Source of the DNA: Phoronis australis
Lineage: Eukaryota; Animalia; Phoronida
DNA: 64,000 bases
Assembly (NCBI GenBank): GCA_002633005.1
Contig: NMRA01000336.1
Location: 397,312 to 461,311, forward strand
Direction of reading: 5' to 3'
The notes below the pieces were generated by a model. The model was given only the letters and a program-made list of their open reading frames with translations. It was not told where the DNA came from and searched no databases. The position numbers and the translations under genes were made by a program. Shown in pieces: positions 1-13,048 of this stretch; the stretch's first letter is position 1, and each line of letters begins with the position of its first letter.

Positions 1-315
1 TCTTTTGTAAGTGTGAAATTCACACTTGTAGATATATTGTGTTGTTATTAGTTCACATATTTTGTACACATCTGCCCAAAAGTTGGGTTAAGTTGTGCCA
101 AGCATGATGTATGTCATTGACTAGTCAGGTGTGTAATTTTAGAAGTACCGTACTGTGTATTCTCCGTTTGTTTATAGATGTAATTAGTTGACACTATTAG
201 CTGGTCATAAACAGTAATGTTATATTATTTCGCTGATTCAGTTTGTGCATTGTTACCCCATGGTAGCATTCACCCAGCACAAGCACATTAGTCTAAATGT
301 GACAGAAACACTTAC

Positions 316-370
316 CTTTGACACCTGAGCACACCTACAAAGAGTCACGACGTCCAGGTAGGAGAAGATT
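316..370 (-). CDS. FBXL20: FBXL20/FBXL2-like coding exon 3 (IFSYLDVVTLCRCAQVSK); the gene continues beyond the window start
   Basis: TTGCAG acceptor and GTAAGT donor; 55 nt, phase matches exon 2. Nearly identical to the FBXL2/20 F-box segment IFSFLDVVTLCRCAQVS. Confidence 0.95.
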
Positions 371-1064
371 CTGCAACAATAAGACTTGCTTAGTTTCCCA
401 CAGTACAGTTCAATCAGTGTCCTGAAGAGACAGGCCTCGATGCTACGAAAATTGTCAGGTCGCATTTTGTGATCTAGCCAAAATCTCAGGTCACATTTTC
501 AAAATTTAGCTTGCGTTCATGTCTCACCGCAAAATTTTCCCACCAATTTTACATGCCAAAATTAATTTTTCAGATCACTGAGAAAATGTGTAGAGGACCC
601 TCTTACCTGCGGCGTCAAATACTTACAAATTATCAGGGCGAAAAATTGAATTCTTACATGCAGGTATGGCATTAGTGTTCTTCACGACTGTCATTGAAAG
701 GCTTTGGAGCGCAAGGCTCGTTGCGTGAGCATAGTCATTAACCCCAGTGTTTGCAGTAATAAGATAATGAGACTCCAATAGTAAGAAAATACGGCTTTGC
801 GAAGCTAACTCCATCTATTAGAGGTGACGTTGTATCTATCCTTACCACCTACACTCAAGGCTGTACCCTTTTAGCCACCTGGAATAATATAAATTTTTTT
901 TAATTGCGAACTTAAGCCGGAACAAGATTCTTTCTATTGGAGTCTGAAAATTTTGCGGTATGGTCCGGAGACTGAATGAAAAAATGGCAATGGGTGTATG
1001 AAGAGAAGAAAAAAAATTTGCTAACCACAACTTCACATCAACCTGTTTAATTTCAGTAGCTGCA

Positions 1065-3560
1065 GCAATGGGCAAACCACATTGGGCTTATCAAATATCG
1101 AAGCAGGGAAATATCTGGAGATACAAAACGTTCAACAAGCTTTTAATGAGGTTCGTTATTCTGAAAAAGACTATGAGGATATTAATTTCCCGGATATATT
1201 CACTCTTCCTAGTAATAAAGTACTGACAGATGACTAGTCCTTATTATTAGAACAAGAGATCACAGAAGATGAACTCTATGAAGCCTTAAAACAATCCCAA
1301 AATAATAAAACACCAGGCAATTTTACAAAATATTTTGGGATGCAAACAGTACCTTTTGGAATGTATAAATTATAGTTTTAAAACAGGAAAATTTTCAACC
1401 TCCCAAAGGCAAAGTGTCATTACACTTATCCCAAAAGTAAAAATAGAGAGGAATTAAAAAATCTGGAAAATTGGTGACCAATTTCATTATTAAATTGCGA
1501 TTACAAATTACTTACAAAGGTTATTGCCAACTGGCTAAATAAGTACACTCATAAGCTTATTTATACAGATCAAACGTCTGTTTCAAAACGATTTACAGGT
1601 CAAAATATTAGATTAATACAGGACATAATATCGTATTATACAAATAACAATCTCAATGGACAAATTGTATTATTAGATTTTAAGAAAGCTTATGGTAGTT
1701 TAAATTGGTCCTTTCTTCAAAAAACCCTTCTGGCTTTTAATTTGGTCCCAAATTTATTCAACGTATAAAACAATATATAACGATATTGTGTCTTGTGTTC
1801 AAAACAACGGATTTACATGTGGTTATTTTAATGTTAAGAAAGACCTTCGTCAAGGGGACCCCTTAATTAGTCAACTGTTTACACTATGTGTGGAGCTCAT
1901 GAGTCATAACATTAGCAGTAACCCCTTAATCAAAGGATTGTGTATTGATGGGCATGAAGTCAGACCAGTACGCTGATGACACAATTTTATTTATTCTGAA
2001 TGAAATGTCAGGAACAGAATGCTTTAAATTTCTCACAAGATTTAGAGACGTGTCTGGTCTTAAAGTGAATAGGCGAAAATGCAATGTTTTTAGACCCCCT
2101 GTCTGAACTTGAGAATATGTATGATATAAAGTGGCCAAAAACAAATATTAAATGTCCGGGCGTTTCCTTCGGTAAATATGAAAAAGAAAAAAAATGGACA
2201 AAATTTTGAAGAAAAAATTTTGGAACTTAGGAAAATTCTAAATATTTGGAAAACAAGTAAATTAACAATTAAGGGAAGAATTGTCATAACTAAAGCTTTT
2301 GCGCTATCCAAATTGATTCACGTAATATCTGTCCTTGGATTGACAAGGGATTTGTGCAAACGAATAGATAAAATAAAATTTAAATGATATTATTTGGCAG
2401 GGAAACCACCTAAAATAAAGAAAAGCGTTGCAATGGCCTCTCATGAAGATGGTGGTTTAAAAGTCCCTGACATGACCCTTATAAAGGAAGGCCTTTTAGT
2501 AAACTGGGTAAAAAGACTTCAGTCTCTTGAATGTGGAAGTTGGAAGTTTTATCCACAATATATCGTCAAGAATTACGGTGGTGAACTGTTGTGGTCATAT
2601 AATTTTAAAGTAAGCAAACTGTTTAGAACAGTAAATGATATTTTTTATAGAGAAGTTTTGTCGGTGAGTGAGCAGTTGAATCATAATGCTTTTAAAGATG
2701 CGCCTCTTTTTGATCAGATTATATGGCATAACAGAGATATAACACTTAATAATGAGTCACTATATTATAAAGAGTTTGCTAAAAATGGGCTATGTTTCAT
2801 CAATGACTTTCTTGATGCTGAAAATAGGCAAAATATAAATTGAAAGATTCTAAAATTCTGAGTTTTAATTCAATATGTATTATTTTATCTAGAAAAATTG
2901 ATCAAAGTCATCAGTGATTGGTTGGCTGCAACAATAAAATTTGCTTAGATTATAATAAAATTGCAAAAGAAAAAATCAAGAGTATTAAGCTACAAAACTA
3001 TTGCAAAAAAACCAGATACTTATGAAAAATTGTCGCAGCAATACTCAAAACAAGATATCCAAAACATTTATTCCTTGCCTTTTACACTTCCCCTCGATCC
3101 ATGCATTAAATCTTTTAAGTATATGTCGTTACATAACAGTGTATAATAACTCTTTGTTATATAAGAGGAAGATTGTTAATTCAGATTTTTGTCCCAATTG
3201 TAATCTAGAACAGAATACTGAACACATGTTTTTCCTTTGTGATGTAGTGCAAAGATTGTTGATTAATGTTCAGGATATTTTGACATCTTCTCTTAAGGAA
3301 GATGTCAGAATAACCAAGAATGAATTCATGTTTTGCCATTTAAGTTCTGAATTCTCCCTGTTGATTAATTATGGTATCACTATCACCCAATATTTTATTT
3401 ATTTACGTACCCAATAACAGTTGCATCCAGATTGGTCTGTCCTTAAGTTATTCATGTCAAAATATATTAAAATTACGTTATTTAATTTTCAAAAACAAAA
3501 AGAACCGGACAACATTAATATTAGAATGTGGGAGAGCCTCAGTGCTGCCATGCAATGAAT
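1065..3560 (+). mobile_element. Decayed Tx1/L1-like non-LTR retrotransposon ORF2 (RT plus C-terminal CCHC); the 3' UTR appears to resume at 4503 to ~4660
   Basis: Frameshifted motifs: PISLLNCDYK (~1480), LDFKKA (~1675), LRQGDPL (~1845), QYADD (~1966), LTIKGRIVITK, GGLKVPD, and CPNC..EQNTEHMFFLC. Many stops; boundaries are approximate. Confidence 0.85.
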
Positions 3561-3584
3561 CTGTAATATCTGTAGTATATTTAA

Positions 3585-4498
3585 AGGAGCATGCCACCCA
3601 AAAAACAACCTAATTTGTATCAATTTAGATCGAGTAGTTCTACTCCATAACGACACGTACGGTTGCGTTACCTGACACCTGACGGCAGACAGAGGTGTTG
3701 AAATTATCCAATGACGTCATCGGTTTCACACGCTGTCTGTTCAGCAGTTCACAACGCGGGTTACTGGTGTCAGCTTATCGCTTAAAGTCATCGTTTAACA
3801 CCAATAAATCATCAAACTTCGATGTAAAACCCTTAAAAATACACCGAGTTCTTACAAAAACGTGTTGTTTTATTTTGTTCTTACTGATTTATTGGTATTT
3901 GGACACACCGTAGCCTACAAAGTTCGGCAGGCCAATAGTTAAGGTCCATAGAAGGAGTTTGGGGTCTGTTCGGAGACGGAAGTATTTTCAGTGAGATACA
4001 GACAGGAGAACCTAGATCTGTGTTGTTTAGACTTGTGATTTTTTTTGAGTTCTAAACACAAAACACTTGTTATCCTGGCCAGTGGCTCGGAGCCCGACGA
4101 TCAGGCCCGTCGCAGCAGTTTGGGTGCTCAGATCATCCTCCAGTGGGAATGTGTCGCGGGACACTCGGGCAAGTTGGGACAGTTCTTCCTCTGTATGTGA
4201 GACAATAATGAGTACACCCCAGTACGCAGCAACAGCGTGGCATGTTGACCCGAATCGTAAGCAAAAGCAAACTTATCACAACCAAGGTAGAAAAATGACT
4301 GACTCGACTGCTCTTACAGTCAGACTATATGAAATGAAATTGGCGCGAAATTCTTGCCTCCCAAAACGTCACTTCCTGAGTAGACGACGAGTAATTAATT
4401 AAATTACGAAAACCAGTAAATAAGTGAAAAATATTTTTGGGATAATCAACAAACCTTATTTTTGCTAAAACTGACATGAAAAAAGGTTGCCGTCGCCT
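3585..4498. mobile_element. Kolobok-type non-autonomous DNA transposon, end types A-B, with a THAP-start remnant on the minus strand
   Basis: TTAA at 3581-3584 and 4499-4502. Imperfect TIRs AGGAGCATGCCACC / AGGCGACGGCAACC. A minus-strand ATG near 4243 begins MPRCC..GCTHY. Confidence 0.8.
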
Positions 4499-4869
4499 TT
4501 AAAGAATGAAGTGTGCCTGAGTGAATGAGTGTGTGAGTGTGCGAGTGAAAGTCCTTACCCCTTTTCCTTGTTCACCCTTTCAGCCTTTAAAAAAATTTAG
4601 AGTATATTGTTGAAGAATAAAATTTTAAAAAATATATATATAAAAAAGTTTGACATAAAAAACTTGCGTGAGTACAAGTGTAGACAGAAACTGGGGCAAG
4701 GTGGAAGTAATGAGCAGCTAATTGCAATCTTGTATTCATATGCACTATTTTTGTAACATTTGCAAGATACATGGAAAGAGTGATTTGCACCCTTACTTCA
4801 ACTGCCTTGACACCAGTCGTGATGTAGACTCTCAGCTGATTGGATGCAAGTTACTCAGATGCAACTTAA

Positions 4870-6270
4870 AGGAGAATGCCACCCGATTCAATTAGTCTTT
4901 TTTGGCGTATTAATAAGTCTATATCCACATAGCCTCGCATACGGTCGACCTTACCTTGCCGAGAGGTGTCGCATTAACCTGTGAGGAAGGTAAGAAACAA
5001 CGCAACGACGTCAGTGGTTCATTTGCAGAGGGAATGTCGCTATGTTGCGGTGCCATCATTCCCGCTTGTCCGAACTAGTTCAGCTGCGAGGAAAGCGGGT
5101 ATATCGTTTTTCGACTTTCTCAAGAGTTCAAAATGCTTAGGAAGTGTCTCGCGGTAGTGAAGAATGAAAAGTACGCTGATGGCCTGTGAAACTTAACGAT
5201 CCACCTGCGAAGTCTTCGTCGGGATCGAGCTCTCGTCTAAGTCGGGATTGCGAGTCGTCATGTTGACGTTTGTTACTGAGCGTTCTGTTTCAAAATGAAT
5301 TATTCTCACCCTAACCAATACCTTTATAAAACTGAAACAAGTCTGTCTCATTAGATGCAATTTGCAATGCCTTTGGAGTGCTCGTGAGTGCAACTGATTT
5401 AAGAAGCCAGCAATGCGTTACCAGCTTGGTGCAGCAACACTAATTGACGAGACACCGAGGCCGTGTGAGCTCATGCTAATTCAGTGTTTGCTGACAGAAA
5501 CTGTAGTGAAACAACTCGGTTTCTATCCCACGGCCAGGTGTTAAGGGAATCTTTATTTACATTTACATTATTCAAATAATGATTGTCAATGTACAACTTC
5601 TGCCCTGACGGTTCTGTGGCCAAAGCAGAACCTCATGAATTCGCGGCCCCCGACGAGTAAGTTTGCAGTTTCGTGGCTAATTCACCAACATAATCACGTG
5701 CACATTACTTCTTTGGCTCACTAGTATAGTATTTTCTTGACTGGAAGTTTAGTTTCCAACTTTGTCTGGTTTATGTTCATGATGTCTTCAGTCCGGCCGC
5801 GACGAGCCTAATCTGTTTCCGAGACACTGGCCAGCCGGCCGCGACGGGCCTGATCGGGCTTCAAGCCACTCACTGGCAAGGACAACAAGCGTTTTGCGTG
5901 TTTCGAACTAAAAAATCACAAGTCTAAACAACACAGATCTAGTTCTCCTGTCTGTATCTCACGGAAAATGCTTCGAATTTATCTCCGAACAGACCCCAAA
6001 CTCCTGCTACGGACTACGGACCTTATTGGCCTGCCGAACTTTGTAGGCTACATTGTGTCCAAATACCAATAAATCCGTAACAGCAAAATAAAACAACACG
6101 TTTTTGTAAGAACTCGGTGTATTTTTAAGGGTTTTACATCGAAGTTTGATGATTCATTGGTGTAGGTCTGCCATCAGGTGTCAGGTAACGCAACCGTACG
6201 TGCCATCATTGAGTAGAACTACTCAATCTAAATTGATACAAATTAGGTTGTTTTTGGGTGGTATGCTCCT
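4870..6270. mobile_element. Kolobok-type non-autonomous element, end types C-A
   Basis: TTAA at 4866-4869 and 6271-6274; TIRs AGGAGAATGCCACCC / AGGAGCATACCACCC. 5870-6270 is an inverted copy of 3585 to ~4090 (with a deletion), and 4870-5180 is an inverted copy of 8600-8911. Confidence 0.8.
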
Positions 6271-7507
6271 TTAAGTTAGGGTAAGTGCTCATCTGAGTGG
6301 ATGCATACTTAATGTCGATTTCCCACTACCACAATTCCTGTTTTTTGGAACTTAGATCATATACAAATGTGGGTACATAAAAATGGCCACTGGGCTGGGT
6401 TAGTCAACTCCATCAAGAAATCAGCTGATAACAGAGCATATACTGAATGTACTAAAAACATTTCAAGATTCAAAAAAAAAGGTTGCTCTCCCTTTTTTGC
6501 TCATGATTATCCAAATAGACTCACTATCAAATGAGACATGTTAAAGTCTCAGGACATATCAGGTGACATTCTATTAGTCTGACTTAAGTGTTGGCAAGCA
6601 ACTTATACCAAAACCGGCAAAAAATCATTCCCAAATGTATGACTCTAAATTCTAGAAAGTAGCAACAAAATATGCTTCAAAGCGGCTCATTAGGAAAAAC
6701 CCTGAGTTTTTTATCCTCGGAAGATTTTGTAAACGAACAAAAAGATACTGAGGGTGTGTTATTGAAATGTAGAGACAAGCATAGGACACTAGAAGACGAA
6801 CAAGAGACAGGGAGAGTTGCGTCACTGGCCCCACGTAGCATTCAGCATACCAAGAGGAGCAGGATAGAGCATTGCGGTACACGCCTGTGGAGGAACTACT
6901 ATGTGCAGGTTGAGCATACCCACAGTCAACACCTTTACAATTTCCACATACTTAACAAGTACCAAAACAATTTAAATGTAATACAGAATTATCAAACACA
7001 AACAGCCTGTAGTACACACGTACCACGGTGTTTGCTGAACTGAATGTGTGCTCTAAAATTTTTTTTAACAAGTAGTAACAACTCGGAATAGCAGAGGAAG
7101 CAGAAGACTGGCAAGTTTCATTTTTGAAAATTCGTAGATTTGAAGCAGAAATGTACATTACATAGCAACGAAAATTCTTAAATTAGTACTGGTCAGGAAA
7201 TCAAGTCTACTTCTAGAGATAATATTTCAGAATTATTGAGTTGTTGATCGTGGGTACACAAGTTCACGAGCCCAGTAAGTTGTCTTCTGGCACGTGAGAA
7301 ATTTTAGCCTCTCGATTGATTTTCTCTTAGGCAACACCATTCGAAAGTCCACAAAAATGTTTTATAGCATTGTACAAACTTTTGTTATTGCCTACCGAAT
7401 TTATATAGAAGTACAAAATAAGCTAAAAAGGTGTTAATCATGGGTACAGTTACCCTAAACACAAAATGAATGGAAATGACTTCCTATTTTCAATTCATTG
7501 TACTTAC

Positions 7508-7575
7508 CGAAGTAACAGTTCTTTAGGCAGTTTTCTGTTGATCGGGGAATCATCTTCCACTGATATCTGGGAAAC
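7508..7575 (-). CDS. FBXL20: FBXL20/FBXL2-like coding exon 2 (VSQISVEDDSPINRKLPKELLLR), start of the F-box
   Basis: AG acceptor and GTAAGT donor; 68 nt, phase 0 to 2. INRKLPKELLLR is the F-box start of FBXL2/20. Confidence 0.93.
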
Positions 7576-8513
7576 CTTAAATGGAAAGTAATTAAAGCCA
7601 AAGTATTAATAGCTACAAATACCATACATAGCATTCATATGGCAATTTTATAAGATCAAGCAGGCAACGCATTTGAGCAAGATGGCAGATCAGCTGCTAA
7701 AGACAGATATTCACAAAAGCCTTTATACGTTTTGGGGCACACTAAATTATGGTATGGCAAGCAATAAAGGACAATACTTAAAAGTAGCCGTCAAAAGGAA
7801 AGCAGGATGTCTGAACCAGACAGTCAATCAGATGTGTCGGTCACAAAGATGTCCTTGTAGTTGTAGTCCTCTCATGACTTATTTCAATAAATTCGGTACT
7901 GCTTGGCATGCCAATGATGTAGCATTTATACATGTACACCACTGACTTTTTACAAAAATTACTCTGTGAGGGACAGAATGTGTACCAGAAAATGCAGACA
8001 CATAGCTTTACCAGAAGTTACCTCACTGGAATGCAGCTTTCCTACACTAACAAGGGAGATCTTCAAGCAGATTTGAGTGGTAATTATAAGACAATCACAG
8101 TCCTTCAAGAATTTCTGAGATGGCACTGATGTTCTCTCCTTAAAGCAAGCTTTCAAGCAGTTTTAGGCAAAAAAGTACGAAAAAAGTAGTACACCATATT
8201 TTCAAAAAAGTAGGAAAAGTAGGAACTGTGGAGAGAAAATTAGGAAAAAGTAGGAACAAGAGCAGGCGTTCAGGAGTAAATAGTTTTCATCGATATTTAC
8301 CATTGAAGTTCACCCCATGTCACAGGCATTACTTAACATTAGTTAGAGAGCCAGCAGAACTTTGTTCACACTTTTGAGTGCAAAAGGTTTGACTGAGTAA
8401 TTCTATTGTACGTCATCTCAGTATCATTGAAGGAAAGGGACGTCTTAAGTTGAACAATCCTGGGCTTGGTCCCTGGGGGAGGGGTCCAAAAGAGGACCCA
8501 AAAATACATTTAA

Positions 8514-8911
8514 AGGAGAGTGCCACCCAAAAAAGCAACTTATTATGAAGCAATTTAGATAGAGTAGTAGAGATATTTCCGGCCTCATACTTCCTATTAA
8601 CAGCGTACTTTTCATTCTTCACTACCATGAGCCACTTCCTAAGCATTTCGGGCTCTCGAGGAAGTCCGAAAAACGATTGATACCCGCTTTCTTCGCAGCT
8701 TCATAGTTCAGACAAGCGGGAACGATGCACCGCAACATAGCGGCATTCACTCAGCAGATGAACCACTGACATCGCTGCGTTGTTTCCCACCTTCTTCACA
8801 GGTTAACACGACATCTCTCGGCAAGGTGAGGTCGACTGTATAAGAGGCGATGTGGATATAGACTGATTAAGACGGTAAAAAAGACCAATATAAATCGGGT
8901 GGCATTCTCCT
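8514..8911. mobile_element. Kolobok-type MITE (398 bp), end types A'-C
   Basis: TTAA at 8510-8513 and 8912-8915; TIRs AGGAGAGTGCCACCC / AGGAGAATGCCACCC. Confidence 0.82.
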
Positions 8912-9242
8912 TTAAATTAAATTTTGAGTGCAACATCTGTTTCAAGTTTATTTCATTCAAATCAACACTCAAATTAAAATGGTACAACTGAACAAGTGAA
9001 AATGCCTGGGGATAATTAATTTAGATGCCTGCTAATAATAACAACCAATTATCGATTTATTTAAACTTTTAAGTGCATCAATTTTTTCCAAGAGAGGTAA
9101 GTAACTCTAGACACCATATCCACAACTTAAGATGCCATTTTTCCTGTTTTTTTGTAGATAAGACGGGGGTTTTGAACCCCAAAGGACAAACCCACAGAAA
9201 TGAACTAATAAAAGAGGAAATACAAAACTTTTATTACTACTA

Positions 9243-10661
9243 CCGGGGTTTTCCGTAGATAAGCCCCGGACAAGAAAATTAATATGCATGACATTTGTAG
9301 ACCTCCTAGAGGCAAAGATGATCGCACCCGAGGTCGCTTGAAGACTGAGTATTGTGAAAAATTAACAAGTTTGAGCCAGCTCTCTTGGTATGTGCCCAAC
9401 TGTAAGTCCGTCTTTGACTACTTTCATACCTCACCAATCAAGCGTGTATCCATTAACAACACTGAAGTCCAGGTAGGGAATCCATGAACAAGTCTCTGTT
9501 ATGATGCATTACATACCATAGGCAGATTTAGGAGAGGCCCGCCCCCCCTTGTCTGCCACAAGCAAAATGAAACAACAATAGCACGAAGCGTGAGTAAATA
9601 TCGAGTTAAGGATCTAGGACCGGTAGCAGATGAGGGGGGCTCAGATGGCGGCGAAATAGTGTTCCCGTGTTTTTTAGTCCACTGCCAAATTTTCCAAACA
9701 AAAGGTTCACAGCCTCGACCCCCCCACTTTCTGGCAATTGTGTTTTGTCCAATTCCCCAAGGCAACATATTGGCTGCCCCTCTTGGTATCCTAGATCCAC
9801 CACAGCATACAGACAGTAATGATGAGGCGAGGTCGTTATTTCAATCCTGACAAATCTGTTTTGCTGATGAACGCATACCGGAGCCACTGGACTGAAACAG
9901 TATCCGTAGAGTTTCAAAAATTGAATATTGGCGTGAAGATAATTCCAGCCAGAATGACCGGTTTCCTTCAGCCACTTGATGTTTCTGTTAATGCTCCGTT
10001 CAAAGCTAGAGGTTGCGAGATCAGTATCAGTATTGGCTTGAAACAGCGAGAAAGAATATACCCCCGAGAGGGTATCGCCGCAACCCATTTCTATCTTCAG
10101 CCATGCGGCAAATCCCGCATTAGACATCATTATCAGTGAGAGCATTTGAATGTTGCAGCATAGCTGCTGATGAGCAAATGGTCTCTACCTTATTCACCAA
10201 TGCCCGGATTCACGAACACATGGGGTACAGCATGGATATCCAAGAGATGGGCACAAGTCACTGGATCTCTTCATTGACTCGGAGACGGAAAGAGTCACTC
10301 AGAGGACGAGCTGGGTGAAAATATTGACATGGACTTAATACACGTACATTTAGAGGTTTCCTGGCTGGTTTTTTAACTTAAGTGTTTTTCGAAAATTTTA
10401 TGTTAATAAACATATAGTTCGGCAACACTTTGTTCGATTTTATAAATGTTAAATGCTCCAAAAAACTGAATTTGAGGCTAAAAGTTGACGCTAAGAAAGC
10501 TTTTAAGAGAAAAAGTTCCGAATAAATGCTCCACTATCTGGACATTTGACACGAGAAGTTGCAACACCAAACAAACACCCATGGGCGTTTATTCAGCATA
10601 ATTTTCCGAATAAAGGCACCTGGGCTATTCATCGGGTGGGCTTATCTACGGAAAACCCCGG
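9243..10661 (+). mobile_element. pogo/Tigger-like (Tc1/mariner superfamily) DNA transposon, internally deleted and decayed
   Basis: Perfect 24-bp TIR CCGGGGTTTTCCGTAGATAAGCCC with TA on both sides. Transposase remnant IIPARMTGFLQPLDVSVNAPFK is the DDE_1 motif (~9940-10005). Confidence 0.9.
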
Positions 10662-12239
10662 TATGAATAAAAATTATTTCAAATGATGCAAAAATACAAC
10701 TTATGACATGAAAATTTCTTGTGTTATTGATTAAGACACTCATTAATTAAAGGATTTCTTTAAACACCTTTTTTTAAACATAGTTTAGTAACTCTATGTT
10801 ACCTATTTCAACATTCATTCGCAATGTCAACTGATTTTGCAGTGCATAACTAAGTTATCATTGAAACCTCAAATAGACGTATTGTTCCCAGCCAACTTTT
10901 ACTGTTGTTTATACCCTACTTTCTAAGTAGGTCACGTACAGGTCACGTACAGGTCACGTGCTGGGAGACTGATACAAAACCAAGTAAGAAATGGATTACA
11001 AAAATCGAATCGGCAGTTAAAGTATGTGGTTAGCATAAGATCGAAACATCGAAATGTCAGCTTATTAACTGAATTAATGAATTAGGGCGAGGGAACTTTC
11101 TGTGTTCATGACCATAGAGGCCTGAGGCATTCGTAGCATTCGTTTTCAACGCCAACAGTCCTATGCATGTAAACGCACAACTCCCGTAGGATCAAAACTA
11201 CGTTTTGTCTTCCCTTTTCCCGGCACCATTATATCATAAGTACAACTCGTTGGCTCAATGTCATGGCAACTTTGTGAATGAAAGGACTGAGGGTATACGA
11301 AGCTGTTCTGTACCTGGTGGGAGATCTTATTTAATTGAAAGCCCTTTAACCTTTGACCTTGGATAAGTGGTAAAAAAATATCCACACCGTTGCGCGGTTC
11401 CAAGGTGGTTCAACTAAATCTTTTTCTCGCTACGAAGTATTTATTTTGTATTTGAAGTTCCCCGAGAATGAAGATAAGGTATTTTGTTAGACACAAGTGA
11501 AATATTGTAAAAATGGCCAATTTTTGTGAATAAGGTTGGAGATAATCTTAAGTGATAAAAAGTCTATACCAGCAGTTTGCCAACTTACAAAATAGTTTCA
11601 GGAGTTGTATATTTTCTTAAACTATCAACCAGACAGTTTGGAGCCCACACAAAAGGACAAATCTGAGGGTAAAATCTCACAATATGACAGACAGTGGAGT
11701 ATAATGATAATGCAAACTAGTTCTTGCATTGCAACTCCAGTAGGCCTATTGTGCATGGCCCGTAAAACACTGCAATGAGTTCAATTGTCATTCAAACATT
11801 TTGAGCAAAGCAGCATACTTTTTCATTGCATTTTTAGGCATATGACTGATATAGAGACGGCAGAGTTGACAAGACTGCTTTCAATAATTGCAAAAATTAT
11901 TGACTACAGGATGAGATACTATGTGAAATTTGCTGGCCAACATTTCTCAGTACAATTGAAGCCAATTTTGAGAGGGCAATTATAGGAATGAACACTATTC
12001 AAGAGTGTAAAATAGTCAGAATAATGATCCCAGTATGTACAACTTCTACACTACTTCACGAATGAAATGTTATTTAAAGTGATTATAAACCTGCCTTCCA
12101 ACAATTTTTGATTTTGGACATTTACCTCCATACTCCACCACCTGGTGGTGAAAACAAGATGAGTACTGACAGAGAGTGAGTTGGTTGCCAACTAACATCC
12201 AATAGATACTCCTTCTGGTGACAAGGGGGTTAGTTAATT

Positions 12240-12813
12240 AAATCGGTTTTCAGCCATAGTGAGATTAAAAAATGGACGATAGCCGCACAAATAAAAAAGT
12301 TCATGTTAGATCAACGTTTCGTCTATTCATTAGACATCATCAAGATAATTATTTAAAAAGAACAGCAAGTGCCAACATACAGTTCAGGTAACATCCATAA
12401 AGTGAGAGATACAGGTGATAATAAGTAGCTGGTGGTCACCATAGTTGCAAGGTCACTGAGCTCTGCATGTTATTCAGAGATTCAGTATCATGACGGTTCT
12501 GAGTGACCAATGACTCTTAAATGTACAGCAATTCCTTATTAGGTTCTCTGCAAATAATACCAAGCCAATTCAGTTAGTGTTATCTGCAGAGAACCTAATA
12601 AGGAATTACTGTGCATTAAAGTCATTGGCCATTCAGAACCAGCATGCTACCGATTCTCTGAATAAGATGCAGAGCTCATTGACCTTGCAACTATGGTGAT
12701 GACCAGCTACTTACTATTACCTGTATCTCTTACTTCACTTTATGGATGTTACCTGAACTGTATGTTGGCACTTGCTGTCCTTTGTAAATAATTATCCTGA
12801 CGATGTCTAATGA
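12240..12813. repeat. Fold-back (inverted duplication) of a Penelope-like element 3' end (pLTR)
   Basis: ~12329-12558 is the reverse complement of ~12575-12813, with a ~16-nt spacer. Both arms match 23058-23375, the 3' end of the Penelope-like element. Confidence 0.85.
12308..12349 (-). ncRNA. Minimal type I hammerhead ribozyme-like motif of the Penelope pLTR (C3 to U variant)
   Basis: Minus strand reads ATC-TTGATGA-T-GTCTA-ATGAA-TAGAC-GAAAC-GTT-GAT: a CUGANGA-like box, perfect 5-bp stem II, GAAA, palindromic AACGTT and an ATC/GAT stem I. Confidence 0.6.
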
Positions 12814-13002
12814 AGAGGGGATTAGTTGGTTGCCAACTAACAACCAATAATTGTTGTCTGGCCTTAACTAGGTACTGTGGATTAGGGACAACTCCTGAGC
12901 GTAGTAAGAACCAATGCTTGATATCAGCCAAGAGAAGTTTGCTAGTCAAAGCACTTCATTACTTGGCGGAATTCTTCCGCCAAGTATGTTGCTTTGACAG
13001 CA

Positions 13003-13048
<46 letters not shown>

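Noticed and set aside
6672-7043. 123-aa plus-strand ORF nested in FBXL20 intron 2
   Set aside because: No recognisable motif and no convincing exon structure; cannot be supported.
7640-8270. Possible decayed DNA-transposon fragment ending in AAAAGTAGGA repeats
   Set aside because: No paired TIR or TSD and no diagnostic protein motif could be identified.
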